DNA of 60,956 nucleotides, filler included, from 7 parts of 7 records of this genome joined end to end with filler, not necessarily neighbours in it, one strand, 5' to 3'; counted from the first letter of the whole stretch, positions 48,571-58,082 are shown. Notes: a model not told the origin generated them from the letters alone. Numbers and translations: made by a program.

Positions 48571-50412
48571 ATGGAAAAAAAACGGATCACCCAGGTGCCG
48601 GTCTGGGTGGCAATGGCCTGTATTCTCTTTGTCCTTGCTCCCATGGGCATCTGGTACATATCCAATCGTTATCAGGCGTATGAGGACGAAATCAATGGCC
48701 TGGAGAGCCGGTTTCTGGCAAACACCCGGGAGGAACTCCAGCACTGGATGGACTCGTTTTTTTCAACGGCCGATTATTATGAGTCAAGGCTTGAGAAACG
48801 GGTGAAATGGATGGTGCGCTCCCAGGTCAAGGGCCTTGACTCCATGATTGCGGCATTGGTCGGTCAGGTCAAGGGACAAGATGTTGCACCGGATCCATCA
48901 ACCCATGACATCTCCTATCAAAGGCAGATCCTTAGGAGCATCCGTTACAGCGACGGGGACGGCTACTTTTTTGCCTTTTCCCTGGACGGGGTGCTTCAGG
49001 TCTATCCGCCCGATGCCGGCCGCGAGGGGGAGAACATCCTGGGGCTGACCGATAGCCGGGGTGCGTCCGTTATCCGGGAGATGATCGATATCGCCTTGAA
49101 CAAGGGGGAGGGCTTTTATCGCTACGAATGGGATAAGTTCGGCAGCCTTGACCTGTTGGATTCTCCCAAGATCGCCTATGTGAAGCTGGTCAAACCCTTG
49201 AATTGGGTCATCGGCACCGGCATCAATCTTGATAAAATCAAACACCAGGTGCAGGGGGAATTTCTGGGGGTGATGGAGAGTTCCCTCCTGGGCGTCGGCG
49301 ATTATGCCTTTGCCATGGACGGAAAGGGCAGGATTCTTCTGAACAATCTTCCGGAACTTGCAGAAGCCGATTCCCGGTTGTCCGGGATGATCCTTGACCG
49401 GTCAACCCGGGATCCGGACGGTTTTTTTGTCGATCTGCCGGGCAAAACCGTTGAAATCGGTAAGGTTGAATCCAAATTGATCTATGTCCGGAAAAACCCC
49501 GAGTGGGGATGGATCATGGGATTCGGCATGGGAAAGGGGGAGGTCGATGCCTATCTCGAGGAGAGTGTCGCCAAGCTGAGAACGGAAGCGCGTCAAGGGT
49601 TCTGGTTGATGGGGACGCTCCTGGTCCTGATATCCGGTGCCGTGTTTCTGCTGGGGCATTTTTTCCGGGTGCAGATTGAGCGGAATTTTGACGTGTTTCA
49701 GCGATTTTTCCACGGGGCAGCCGCTTCCGGCAACGATATCGATGTTGCCGAACTCGGGTTTCAGGAGTTTGTGATCCTTGCCCATGGGGCCAATGCCATG
49801 ATGGAGGCGCGCCGGGAAAACGAGGTGATGATCAAGTCCTACACCTCAAAGCTGAAACAGGCCAACAAGCGGCTCAAGGCCATGTCGTTGAAGGACGGCC
49901 TCACCGGGGTCGCCAACCGCCGCCGGTTCGATGAGGTGCTTCAGCGGGAGTGGGACCGGGCCATGCGTACTTCAGACCCCATCTCCCTCATCATGATGGA
50001 TATCGATTTCTTCAAGTTTTACAACGACACCTACGGCCATCAGAAGGGGGATGAGTGCCTCAAGCGGGTTGCCCGGGGCCTCCTGGATTCGGTGAAGCGG
50101 TCCACCGATCTCATGGCCCGTTACGGGGGCGAGGAGTTTGCCGCCGTTCTTCCCGACACCCCTGTTGAGGGCGCCCTTGCCATCGCCCGGGAGATCCGGG
50201 AGCGCCTGGCAAAGGAGAATATCTCCCACAAGGGTTCTGCCATCGATTCCAAGGTGACCTTGAGCATGGGGCTTGCCACCCTGGTGCCATCCCGGGGGGA
50301 TTCCCCGGAAGCCCTTGTCGAAAGTGCGGACAAGGCCCTTTACCGGGCAAAATACCTGGGACGGGACCGGGTTGAGGTGGTCGGGCCCGAAGTTGGCGGC
50401 CCGGATGCTTAA
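48571..50412 (+). CDS. Membrane-bound Cache-domain diguanylate cyclase
   Basis: Two TM helices flanking Cache (GYFF...GEGFYRYEW...WVIGTG); DGLTGVANRR, DIDFFK.YND.YGH, RSTD I-site and intact GGEEF. Confidence 0.92.
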   Translation: MEKKRITQVPVWVAMACILFVLAPMGIWYISNRYQAYEDEINGLESRFLANTREELQHWMDSFFSTADYYESRLEKRVKWMVRSQVKGLDSMIAALVGQVKGQDVAPDPSTHDISYQRQILRSIRYSDGDGYFFAFSLDGVLQVYPPDAGREGENILGLTDSRGASVIREMIDIALNKGEGFYRYEWDKFGSLDLLDSPKIAYVKLVKPLNWVIGTGINLDKIKHQVQGEFLGVMESSLLGVGDYAFAMDGKGRILLNNLPELAEADSRLSGMILDRSTRDPDGFFVDLPGKTVEIGKVESKLIYVRKNPEWGWIMGFGMGKGEVDAYLEESVAKLRTEARQGFWLMGTLLVLISGAVFLLGHFFRVQIERNFDVFQRFFHGAAASGNDIDVAELGFQEFVILAHGANAMMEARRENEVMIKSYTSKLKQANKRLKAMSLKDGLTGVANRRRFDEVLQREWDRAMRTSDPISLIMMDIDFFKFYNDTYGHQKGDECLKRVARGLLDSVKRSTDLMARYGGEEFAAVLPDTPVEGALAIAREIRERLAKENISHKGSAIDSKVTLSMGLATLVPSRGDSPEALVESADKALYRAKYLGRDRVEVVGPEVGGPDA

Positions 50413-50723
50413 TCTTCTGGAAATCTCTCTTTGATGAACTTGATAAAGGTCCTGGAAAGCGGAGACAGGGTTCGCTTGCCATGGGTGGTGATGTAAAAGC
50501 TTCTCCTTAAATCGAGCCCCTTGACCGTGAGTGCCTTGAGCCGGCCCGATTCCAGAAGGTCGGCCACCGCAATGGGGGATAGGATGGAAATGCCGGCATT
50601 GCCAAGGACGGCCTGGATCACCGAGGCCGTGTTGCCCATGGTGGCAATGATGTTCAGCCTGCCCGTATCAACTCCCGCGGCTTCCATGCTTTTTGTGATG
50701 GAGCGCCAGGTGCCGGACCCCTG
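50409..50723 (-). CDS. LysR-family regulator, C-terminal fragment (CysL/selenium-associated LysR-like)
   Basis: QGSGTWR...GNTASVIQAV...GISILS...RSFYI...LSPLSRTF substrate-binding domain end; cut by linker. Confidence 0.75.
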   Translation of the reverse strand, partial: QGSGTWRSITKSMEAAGVDTGRLNIIATMGNTASVIQAVLGNAGISILSPIAVADLLESGRLKALTVKGLDLRRSFYITTHGKRTLSPLSRTFIKFIKERFPED

Positions 50724-50725
50724 CT

Positions 50726-50825
50726 NNNNNNNNNNNNNNNNNNNNNNNNNNNNNNNNNNNNNNNNNNNNTTAATTAATTAANNNNNNNNNNNNNNNNNNN
50801 NNNNNNNNNNNNNNNNNNNNNNNNN
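50726..50825. other. Artificial contig linker
   Basis: N run with central TTAATTAATTAA. Confidence 0.98.
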
Positions 50826-50909
50826 GGAAATCTGGTCAGCGACTTTGTCGGGGTGACCTTCGGTTACTGATTCAGAGGTAAAAAAGTACTTGCCTTTGCT
50901 GCTGATCAT
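50826..50909 (-). CDS. metK: S-adenosylmethionine synthetase, N-terminal 28 aa, cut by contig edge
   Basis: MISSKGKYFFTSESVTEGHPDKVADQIS carries the invariant MetK motif; RBS AGGAGG. Confidence 0.95.
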
Positions 50910-51035
50910 TTAAAAGTTCCTCCTGGAATTAATTGGCGGGGTAAATGTCGTTCGAGACCATTTCTCGATAACTCCCCGAAATATATAGTTCGAAATCACT
51001 ATATAAATAAATTTGCATATAAGAATGAAAGCACC

Positions 51036-51884
51036 TTACACTTTTATGAGTAAATTGTCTATCAATCTTGCATTGCCAAGTTGTAATGCTACCGCACAAA
51101 GTGCAGAATCACCCACATTTTTCAGGATATTGATATTTTCCGGGTGTACAATTTCGATATAGTCAATGCGGCCGCTTGGAATCGTTTCAGTATAGAATTC
51201 AACAAGGTCAGATTTCAGTTTGGCAACGTCAGATTCTCCGGCGGCTACCCAGTCGCGCATTTTTTGCAGACCTTTCTGAATATTGGGGGCCACGGATTTT
51301 TCTTCATCGGTCAGGTAGACGTTGCGGGAACTCATGGCCAGTCCGGACTCTTCGCGCACTATCTCATGCCCTTGCACATCAACCGGGATGTTCAGGTCAC
51401 GGACCATTCTTTTGATGAGTGCTAATTGCTGCCAGTCTTTTTGTCCGAAAATCGCAACATGCGGCTGGGCAGTCATGAACAGTTTGGTGACCACGGTCGC
51501 GACACCCCGGAAATGGACGGGGCGTGATTTGCCGCAGAGATTGGCGGCAAGGTCGGGTACTTCCACCCAAGTGGCGTGATCGTCTAAATACATGTCGTCG
51601 CGGACCGGGGTGAACAGAATGTCCACTCCGCGTTTTTCGGCAAGTCTGGAATCCCGTTCCAGATCATGGGGATAAGCGTCGAGATCCTCGTTCTCCCCGA
51701 ACTGGGTGGGGTTTACAAAGAGACTGACGATAAGCACGTCACATTGTTTGCGGGCGGCATCCATGAGGCTTAAGTGTCCTTCATGAAAATAACCCATGGT
51801 TGGCACGAGGCCTATCTTTTTGCCCTCAGCGCGAAGCATGAGGCATAAGTTCTGAAGTTCTTGCGGATTACTGATTGTTTCCAT
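51036..51884 (-). CDS. panC: Pantoate-beta-alanine ligase
   Basis: VPTMGYFHEGHLSL, FVNPTQF, RPVHFRGV, FGQKD, GLAMSSRN, RLIDN; start placed at ATG 51884. Confidence 0.97.
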   Translation of the reverse strand: METISNPQELQNLCLMLRAEGKKIGLVPTMGYFHEGHLSLMDAARKQCDVLIVSLFVNPTQFGENEDLDAYPHDLERDSRLAEKRGVDILFTPVRDDMYLDDHATWVEVPDLAANLCGKSRPVHFRGVATVVTKLFMTAQPHVAIFGQKDWQQLALIKRMVRDLNIPVDVQGHEIVREESGLAMSSRNVYLTDEEKSVAPNIQKGLQKMRDWVAAGESDVAKLKSDLVEFYTETIPSGRIDYIEIVHPENINILKNVGDSALCAVALQLGNARLIDNLLIKV

Positions 51885-52125
51885 TTTATAAACCCTGATA
51901 GTTTGGTTTTGATGCTTAAAGACCGTCATTAATATATGGAAGGCTGGGAAATCCGTTTACGCTGATCAGTATCTGCTGTCTATAACATAGGGGGTAAATT
52001 GTTGTCGATGGTGGCCTGATTGTTTTCAGTGTTTGGCGATCTGTATACTGGGTATAATTGTATTGACTTACTTACATCTTTTGTTGTTAGATAACTCCCT
52101 ACGTTGATGGTGTTCTTGTAAGGAG

Positions 52126-54765
52126 TTGATAGTGAAGGATCTCTTTGTTTATGTGCTGCTTTTTTGTATAATTGTTGTTCCCTCTGTCTGTGTAGCAGCA
52201 CTTCCCAATTCTAATGCTGTACCGGCTGTCGATTCCGTTTCTACAGATTGGAATAAAGTTCCAGCGGATGTGGCTTCTAAGATACAACGTACCTTGCGGA
52301 CTGAACTTTATGGATTTGAGTTGTCTGCTGGCGGAATTGCAACCAGCGCAACAGAGGATGGTTTGAATTTCCGGGTAGACGCAAAAGCTGCCCGTTTCAA
52401 AAGCGGAAACAGTTGGTTCGCGCTTAGCCTTGAATCTTTCGGTCGTAAAAATACCATGCAAAAGTCCGGCGAACTGACCATGAAAGTCGAGGGCGTGAGA
52501 CTCAATCTAGAGCAGAAAGGGTTGACTGAATGGTATATCAATCACGGCTCCTCTCTTGAGCATGGACTGCTGTTAGAGCAAAAGCCAGCTGGCGGTGGTC
52601 CTCTTCAATTCTCTTTTACTGTTTTCGGTAACCTTACTCCCAAACAGAACGGTAATGATATTGCTTTTGTCGGTGACAAAGTATTGCAGTACTCAGGCAT
52701 CAAGGCTTGGGATGCTTCGGGAAAACATCTCGTATGTTCCATGTTCGTTGCGGATGGTCGTCTGGTCTGGGTCGTTGATGATCACAAGGCCGTCTATCCT
52801 GTAACTGTTGATCCTACTGTTTCTATTGAAAAGAAGCTGGTTGCTCATACTGAAGCTGGTGCGGATGATACTGAAGCCAATGCATATTTCGGCTACAGCG
52901 TGTCCGTTTCCGGCTATTATGCCCTTGTGGGAGCGCAGAGTAAGAATGAATCTGGTAAAAATGCTGCTGGGGCTGCCTATGTGTTTTTCAGAGATCAGGG
53001 CGGTGCGAACAATTGGGGTATAATTAAGAAGCTGACAGCACGCACAGAAGCAGATGCGGACGATACGGAATCGAATGCCCGTTTTGGATACAGCGTCTCT
53101 GTCTCGGGCGATCTTGCCCTTGTGTCGTCTCTTTGGAAAGATGAATCGGGCAAGAGTGATGCCGGGGCGGCTTATGTCTTTTCACGTAATCAGGGCGGTG
53201 CGGACAACTGGGGTGTAGTTAAGAAGCTTACTGCACGCACTGATGCCGATGTGGATGATACCGAGATCAATGCATACTTTGGTAGCAGCGTATCCATTTC
53301 CGACGATCTCGTCCTTATTGGTGCCTATGGTAAAGATGAATCCGGTGCGAATGGGGCTGGAGCAGGTTATGTGTTCTCCAAAGATCAGGGCGGTGCTGAT
53401 AACTGGGGTATAATAAAGAAGTTGACCGCGCGTACGGATGTTGATGCAGATGATACGGAAACCGATGCTCGTTTTGGGCACAGTGTAGCGTCTTTCAACG
53501 ATCTTGTTCTTGTGGCGGCCTCTTTTAAGGATGAATCCGGTGATACAAATGCCGGGGCGGCCTATGTGTTTTCAAGGAATCAGGGCGGTGCTGAAAATTG
53601 GGGTATAGTTAAGAAACTGACCGCACGCACTGAAGCGGATGTGGGGGATACAGATGCATATGCCTATTTTGGCTGGGGCGCCTCTCTTTCCGGCGATCTT
53701 GTTCTCATTGGTGCACATCATAAAGGGGTAGCAGGTAAGGCAAGTGCCGGAGCTGCGTATCTGTTTTCTCAGGATCAAGGGGGTGCTGGCAACTGGGGTA
53801 TAGCCAAGAAATTTACTGCGCGTACTGATGCTGATGTGGATGATACGGAAGTTAGTGCATATTTCGGCAGCAGTGTATCTCTTTCTGGAGATCTTGTTCT
53901 TGTCGGGGCAAACGGTAAAGATGAGTCGAGTAAAAATGAAACCGGAGCAGCTTATGTTTTTTCCAGAGATCAGGCGGGCACTAATAATTGGGGTATAGTG
54001 AAGAAGTTAACCGCGCGTACTGATGCGGATGGCGATGATACGGAAGCAGATGCAGAATTTGGCTATAGTATAGCAGTGTCCGACGGTTTGGCTTTTGTGG
54101 GGTCGGCAAACAAAGTTGAATCCGGAAAGGTTGAAGCCGGAGCTGTCTATGTCTATTCAATTCCTACCGCAAGGGATAAAATTATTGCTCCGGCATCTGT
54201 TCAGCCGTCCGGAACTACGGTGACGATAAATTCCAATGCGAAACTGGTGCGGACAAAATCAGATATTGAAGATGAGTTTAATGCTGTGCAGATGGGGCCC
54301 ATGCTCGGCTCACAAACATATGAATTTACTGCCACTGTAACTTATAATAAAGTTGCCTATTTTTGTTTTAATAGTTCTAGCCTTGGAGAGCGTGCGGCCA
54401 ACAGTTTTGTCCTGTTTAAGCTTTTTAGTGACAAAGCCAGCAAACAATTTAGCTACAGCCTCGATAAATATCCAACCGAGGAGGGGTTCTTTTGGATTAC
54501 GGATGAAGCTAATAGCGGTCAGTATATTCAGCCCAATGCGATTTTGACGGGTGGGCAGGTGTATACTGTGAATTATTCAGTCAAGGATAATGGGGAGTAT
54601 GACACGAACTCCACGGTAGGTAGAATCACTGACCCGGTTGTTCCCGGTCTTATGTCAGGTGAGCCGGGTTGTGTGTTGAATCCTAATGCAGATGTTTCTA
54701 TGGATTTGGTGGCGTTGTTGTTGGTTGCTTTTGCAGGAATATGTTTGAGGCTTAGAAGAAAATAG
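52126..54765 (+). CDS. Secreted FG-GAP (integrin-alpha-like) beta-propeller surface protein with C-terminal membrane anchor
   Basis: Signal peptide; YPVTVDP; seven 65-aa FG..V...GA..GAAYVF repeats; C-terminal GCVLNP + hydrophobic helix + RLRRK. Confidence 0.85.
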   Translation: MIVKDLFVYVLLFCIIVVPSVCVAALPNSNAVPAVDSVSTDWNKVPADVASKIQRTLRTELYGFELSAGGIATSATEDGLNFRVDAKAARFKSGNSWFALSLESFGRKNTMQKSGELTMKVEGVRLNLEQKGLTEWYINHGSSLEHGLLLEQKPAGGGPLQFSFTVFGNLTPKQNGNDIAFVGDKVLQYSGIKAWDASGKHLVCSMFVADGRLVWVVDDHKAVYPVTVDPTVSIEKKLVAHTEAGADDTEANAYFGYSVSVSGYYALVGAQSKNESGKNAAGAAYVFFRDQGGANNWGIIKKLTARTEADADDTESNARFGYSVSVSGDLALVSSLWKDESGKSDAGAAYVFSRNQGGADNWGVVKKLTARTDADVDDTEINAYFGSSVSISDDLVLIGAYGKDESGANGAGAGYVFSKDQGGADNWGIIKKLTARTDVDADDTETDARFGHSVASFNDLVLVAASFKDESGDTNAGAAYVFSRNQGGAENWGIVKKLTARTEADVGDTDAYAYFGWGASLSGDLVLIGAHHKGVAGKASAGAAYLFSQDQGGAGNWGIAKKFTARTDADVDDTEVSAYFGSSVSLSGDLVLVGANGKDESSKNETGAAYVFSRDQAGTNNWGIVKKLTARTDADGDDTEADAEFGYSIAVSDGLAFVGSANKVESGKVEAGAVYVYSIPTARDKIIAPASVQPSGTTVTINSNAKLVRTKSDIEDEFNAVQMGPMLGSQTYEFTATVTYNKVAYFCFNSSSLGERAANSFVLFKLFSDKASKQFSYSLDKYPTEEGFFWITDEANSGQYIQPNAILTGGQVYTVNYSVKDNGEYDTNSTVGRITDPVVPGLMSGEPGCVLNPNADVSMDLVALLLVAFAGICLRLRRK
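52828..54165 (+). repeat. Seven tandem 195-nt (65-aa) coding repeats
   Basis: KKLTART.AD.DDTE..A.FG...GAAYVFS..QGGA.NWG recurs with a 195-nt period. Confidence 0.92.
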
Positions 54766-54777
54766 TAAATATTTAAT

Positions 54778-54807
54778 GGCGGTGTTTAAAATCACCGCCT
54801 TTTTTTT
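54778..54807 (+). terminator. Rho-independent terminator
   Basis: GGCGGTG...CACCGCC followed by T8. Confidence 0.85.
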
Positions 54808-54840
54808 GTGATGTGTGTATTAGCTAGTTTAGAATTTTAA

Positions 54841-54915
54841 AAGGCCGCACAGCGGGATTGTCTGCAATAGGGGATGATTATTGCGTCTAGTGTGCTTGTG
54901 TTGCTGTGCGGCCTT
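54841..54915. repeat. 13-bp perfect inverted repeat enclosing a second hairpin
   Basis: AAGGCCGCACAGC / GCTGTGCGGCCTT with inner GCAATA/TATTGC. Confidence 0.75.
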
Positions 54916-55126
54916 GTTTTCAGAACTTAATCGCCTGAGAAGGTCGAACTGAAAAGTCCTGTGGAATGTCAGAAATTGATTTTAATTTACTCCCTTTTGA
55001 GGTTTGTTTGCAAATAGTTTTCGCATAAGCTTTATTTTTTCAAATAATGTGCATTGGTTTGACTTTATTTGCGTGAGATGTGAAATAGGAAATTGAATCA
55101 AACCTGTAATTGCAAAGAGTTTGCAT

Positions 55127-55570
55127 ATGATAAAGCTTGATGATGTGGATCGGCAGATAGTTGCCGCGCTTCAGGAGAATGGAAGGATTTCAAATAAAGA
55201 GGTTGCTGAGCTGGTAAACCTTACTCACTCAAGCTGTTCGCGCCGGATTGCGCGTCTGGAAAAAGAGGGGATTATCGTTGGTTACCGCGCCCTGACTGAT
55301 CGTTTGAAGCTTGGGTATTCTGTGCGTGCGTATTGCGGGGTCTTTCGTGATGCAAGTGTAGGTTGGGAAGAGCTTGCCGAAGAATTGGCCAAAATTGAAG
55401 GGGTGGTCAGTGTGTACGCCGTTTCCGGTGAAGTAGATATTATGGTTGAGATTGTTGCTCATGATATGCAGCACTATTCATCTGTGGTGATGAAAGAGTT
55501 TGCCAAGACCAAAGGAGTTAACGCCACCCGGAGCACATTTGTGCTGGAAGAGGTTAAGTCTATTTATTAA
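55127..55570 (+). CDS. Lrp/AsnC family transcriptional regulator
   Basis: LDDVDRQIVAALQENGRISN...RRIARLEKEGIIVGY HTH; VSGEVD. Confidence 0.93.
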   Translation: MIKLDDVDRQIVAALQENGRISNKEVAELVNLTHSSCSRRIARLEKEGIIVGYRALTDRLKLGYSVRAYCGVFRDASVGWEELAEELAKIEGVVSVYAVSGEVDIMVEIVAHDMQHYSSVVMKEFAKTKGVNATRSTFVLEEVKSIY

Positions 55571-55573
55571 GAA

Positions 55574-55855
55574 TCAATCGTTGTCCCGATTGCGGACATC
55601 ATCGCGCCATGTCATGAGTGGGGCGCAACAACCGAGTCCTTCGAATAGTTGGCGTTTTGCGTCATCACCTTCATCAGGGTCACTCATCAGCAGGCAAACG
55701 TAGCGGTCCATAGATTCATCCCAAAACAGATCTGGGCATCTTTTCATATATCCGTATTTGCGGTGTGAAACTTCACATTGGTCGGAAATGCAGCACCATC
55801 CGCATCCTACACATGGCTTACCGGACAAGGTTCGTGCCGCCTTTGCGGACAGCAT
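55574..55855 (-). CDS. Small Cys-rich protein (CxxCGxCC; probable Fe-S/Zn binding)
   Basis: PCVGCGWCC..DQC...RCP.L.W...Y.C...GCC. Confidence 0.7.
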   Translation of the reverse strand: MLSAKAARTLSGKPCVGCGWCCISDQCEVSHRKYGYMKRCPDLFWDESMDRYVCLLMSDPDEGDDAKRQLFEGLGCCAPLMTWRDDVRNRDND

Positions 55856-56033
55856 GTGACATCGTAAAAGTATGGAATAAACGGACTGCAACTGCCCGGA
55901 TATGCGATAGATTCATTAAAGAAAGTCCTGAAAAAAGTGGGCAGTATTGCTGTGGCGATTTTATTTGGTACGCGAAACGCTACACCCGGCAACAATGAAA
56001 AGCAAGCAGTCTTAGGTGTTGTTATTTATACCT

Positions 56034-58082
56034 TTAAATCAATATCCTAACTATACAAAGCACATCATTATTATAACTGCCGTCCTGTTTGTATTCCCGG
56101 TATCCAGAGGAGTGTGCGCAGCCAATAGCGTAGAGTGATCCCTCTTCTTCTACTAATTTGACGGTGGATTCGCCTTCACGTAGCTGGGTGAAATCCGAGT
56201 CTAAAGTTATGGTTTCGCCCGGTTTGCGTTCTGAATTAGTGGCTGAAATAAGTTTTCCGCTCGGTTCAACGAACATTCCTTCTGTTCCTTCAATTATTCT
56301 GCCTTGACCGTCCTGAGGTAGTACGTCTCCCAGCATGGCTTCAAACTCAGGTTCCGAGTCAAATACAATGCCGATGCCACCCAGCACATGGGATGAGTCT
56401 TCATGTGAGCTGATGGATGCATTATATATGTATGTGTGCCGATCCTGCCCGTCTGTAGCGTAGAGATCGGTCTTGAAGAAATCGGAAACACAATAGAGCT
56501 GCGAGTCTTTGATTCTTAAAGTTTCAGCCACGTAGCCTGCGTTTAAGACTTTTCCTTCCTTGTCATATTCTCCGGGATTGGAGCAGGCCAATATTTTTCC
56601 TGTCCGGTCATAGATGAACAGGTTGGTGTAGACTGTGTAAAGGCTGTTGATATGGCCCAGAATTTTACACATCTGGTCACGGTCTGCGTCATCGATGGTC
56701 TCTTTCGCGAGGATGGTTTTGAAGTCGGAGGTCAGTGCCCACCATCGGCAGTCGTTAGCTCGTTCGTACAGGTTGCGGTCCATTATATCGATAGCGAGCT
56801 GGGCAAGGGACTGGGTGTCGTGCAACCTTGAGGATGTTACTAACTGCAGGAGTTCGTCAGTGGAGTACTGAAATACATTCTGGACCTGATCTCCTATTTT
56901 CTTGATTTCATTAAGGATGTGCGGGAGGGCGCGACCTTCCATCTGTTCAATTGGGTTCGGCTCAATGCATTTCTTTGCAGCCATTATTTCGCCGTTCTGT
57001 ACTACCAGTTCAAGGTCAGAGAGCACATTTTCAGATGCTTCTTCCACATGGGTTAATCTCCCGGAAAAATGGGCTTTGTCGCGGATAGCTGCTGCATCAA
57101 CGGAATTGTCGTTGTTCCCGCTGAAGGCTGTGTCCAGTTTTTTTAGGACATGCCCATACCACGGTAAACCAAAAAATCCCTGATATCCTTTGGTTCTGAC
57201 AGTCTTTGAAAGGTACTGAGTGTTATTGATGCTGATAATCTGAAAATCGTCATCCAGATTCATGTTTATTCTTTTGCCGGTAGCAATTAAATCTGTGTTG
57301 CTGGAAGCAATTGCATGGCCTCGTTCATCCAATACAATAAGTACTGTGTCTTTTGTATATTCGTTCAGATGTTTGAAGATTCCGTCCATTTCACCCGCAA
57401 AATCAAATATCAAGCACAGAACACCGAGGTCAGCCCCTGTCGTCGGGGATTTAATGGTCTGAGAGTATATAAGAACCTCTCCTGAGTCCGGGGCTAAGTC
57501 ACTGGCTCTGTATGTTTCTACATAGTCTTTTGCGCTTAGGGTTTCAGCTATAAGCGGGTCTCTTGAGGTTGTGATGTCGTTATTCTGGTCGAGGTGCGCA
57601 CAGACTCGGCTTTCAGTGTCCAGTATTATGATTTCATTGTACACTGTGTATTTGTCTCTGTATTCGCGAAGTCTGTCTTCAATTATGGATACGTCATGCG
57701 CGGTTGTCTCCGGGGTGGACAGAAAGCGGACAAGGTCATCGTCAGTAGCAAGGAAGCCTACGTCTGCGGTTCTTTCGAAGAGGTTTCGCTTAAGGATGTC
57801 AATGACAACCTGCGCGACAGCGGATATCTCCTGAGTTACTTTGTTTGTGTTTTCCTTGATCAGTATTTCAATCAGGTTCTGCCTGAGGCCGGAAAAGTTT
57901 TCCTGAGTAGTGATGATAAAATCAATGAGTGTCTGGGCAATTCGGCTGCAATTGATTTTTCCGGTCATAGTGGCCATGGTCCACTGTCTGTCTAACCGGG
58001 TCAGTCGCGACATGCAGTTGGATGTGGCAGGCATTGCCTGTAGCAACTGTTTTGAGTGTTTTTCGATCAGGGTAGGGTTCAT
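56034..58082 (-). CDS. Soluble protein with two tandem Cache-like modules (chemosensory-associated family)
   Basis: Internal duplication IDILKRNLFERTAD / IDIMDRNLYERAND and YTVYNEI / YTVYTNL; no TM helix seen. Confidence 0.7.
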   Translation of the reverse strand: MNPTLIEKHSKQLLQAMPATSNCMSRLTRLDRQWTMATMTGKINCSRIAQTLIDFIITTQENFSGLRQNLIEILIKENTNKVTQEISAVAQVVIDILKRNLFERTADVGFLATDDDLVRFLSTPETTAHDVSIIEDRLREYRDKYTVYNEIIILDTESRVCAHLDQNNDITTSRDPLIAETLSAKDYVETYRASDLAPDSGEVLIYSQTIKSPTTGADLGVLCLIFDFAGEMDGIFKHLNEYTKDTVLIVLDERGHAIASSNTDLIATGKRINMNLDDDFQIISINNTQYLSKTVRTKGYQGFFGLPWYGHVLKKLDTAFSGNNDNSVDAAAIRDKAHFSGRLTHVEEASENVLSDLELVVQNGEIMAAKKCIEPNPIEQMEGRALPHILNEIKKIGDQVQNVFQYSTDELLQLVTSSRLHDTQSLAQLAIDIMDRNLYERANDCRWWALTSDFKTILAKETIDDADRDQMCKILGHINSLYTVYTNLFIYDRTGKILACSNPGEYDKEGKVLNAGYVAETLRIKDSQLYCVSDFFKTDLYATDGQDRHTYIYNASISSHEDSSHVLGGIGIVFDSEPEFEAMLGDVLPQDGQGRIIEGTEGMFVEPSGKLISATNSERKPGETITLDSDFTQLREGESTVKLVEEEGSLYAIGCAHSSGYREYKQDGSYNNDVLCIVRILI

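Noticed and set aside
52828-54165. CRISPR array or DGR template/variable repeats
   Set aside because: The repeats are in-frame 195-nt coding units with codon-type divergence; no spacers, cas genes or reverse transcriptase.
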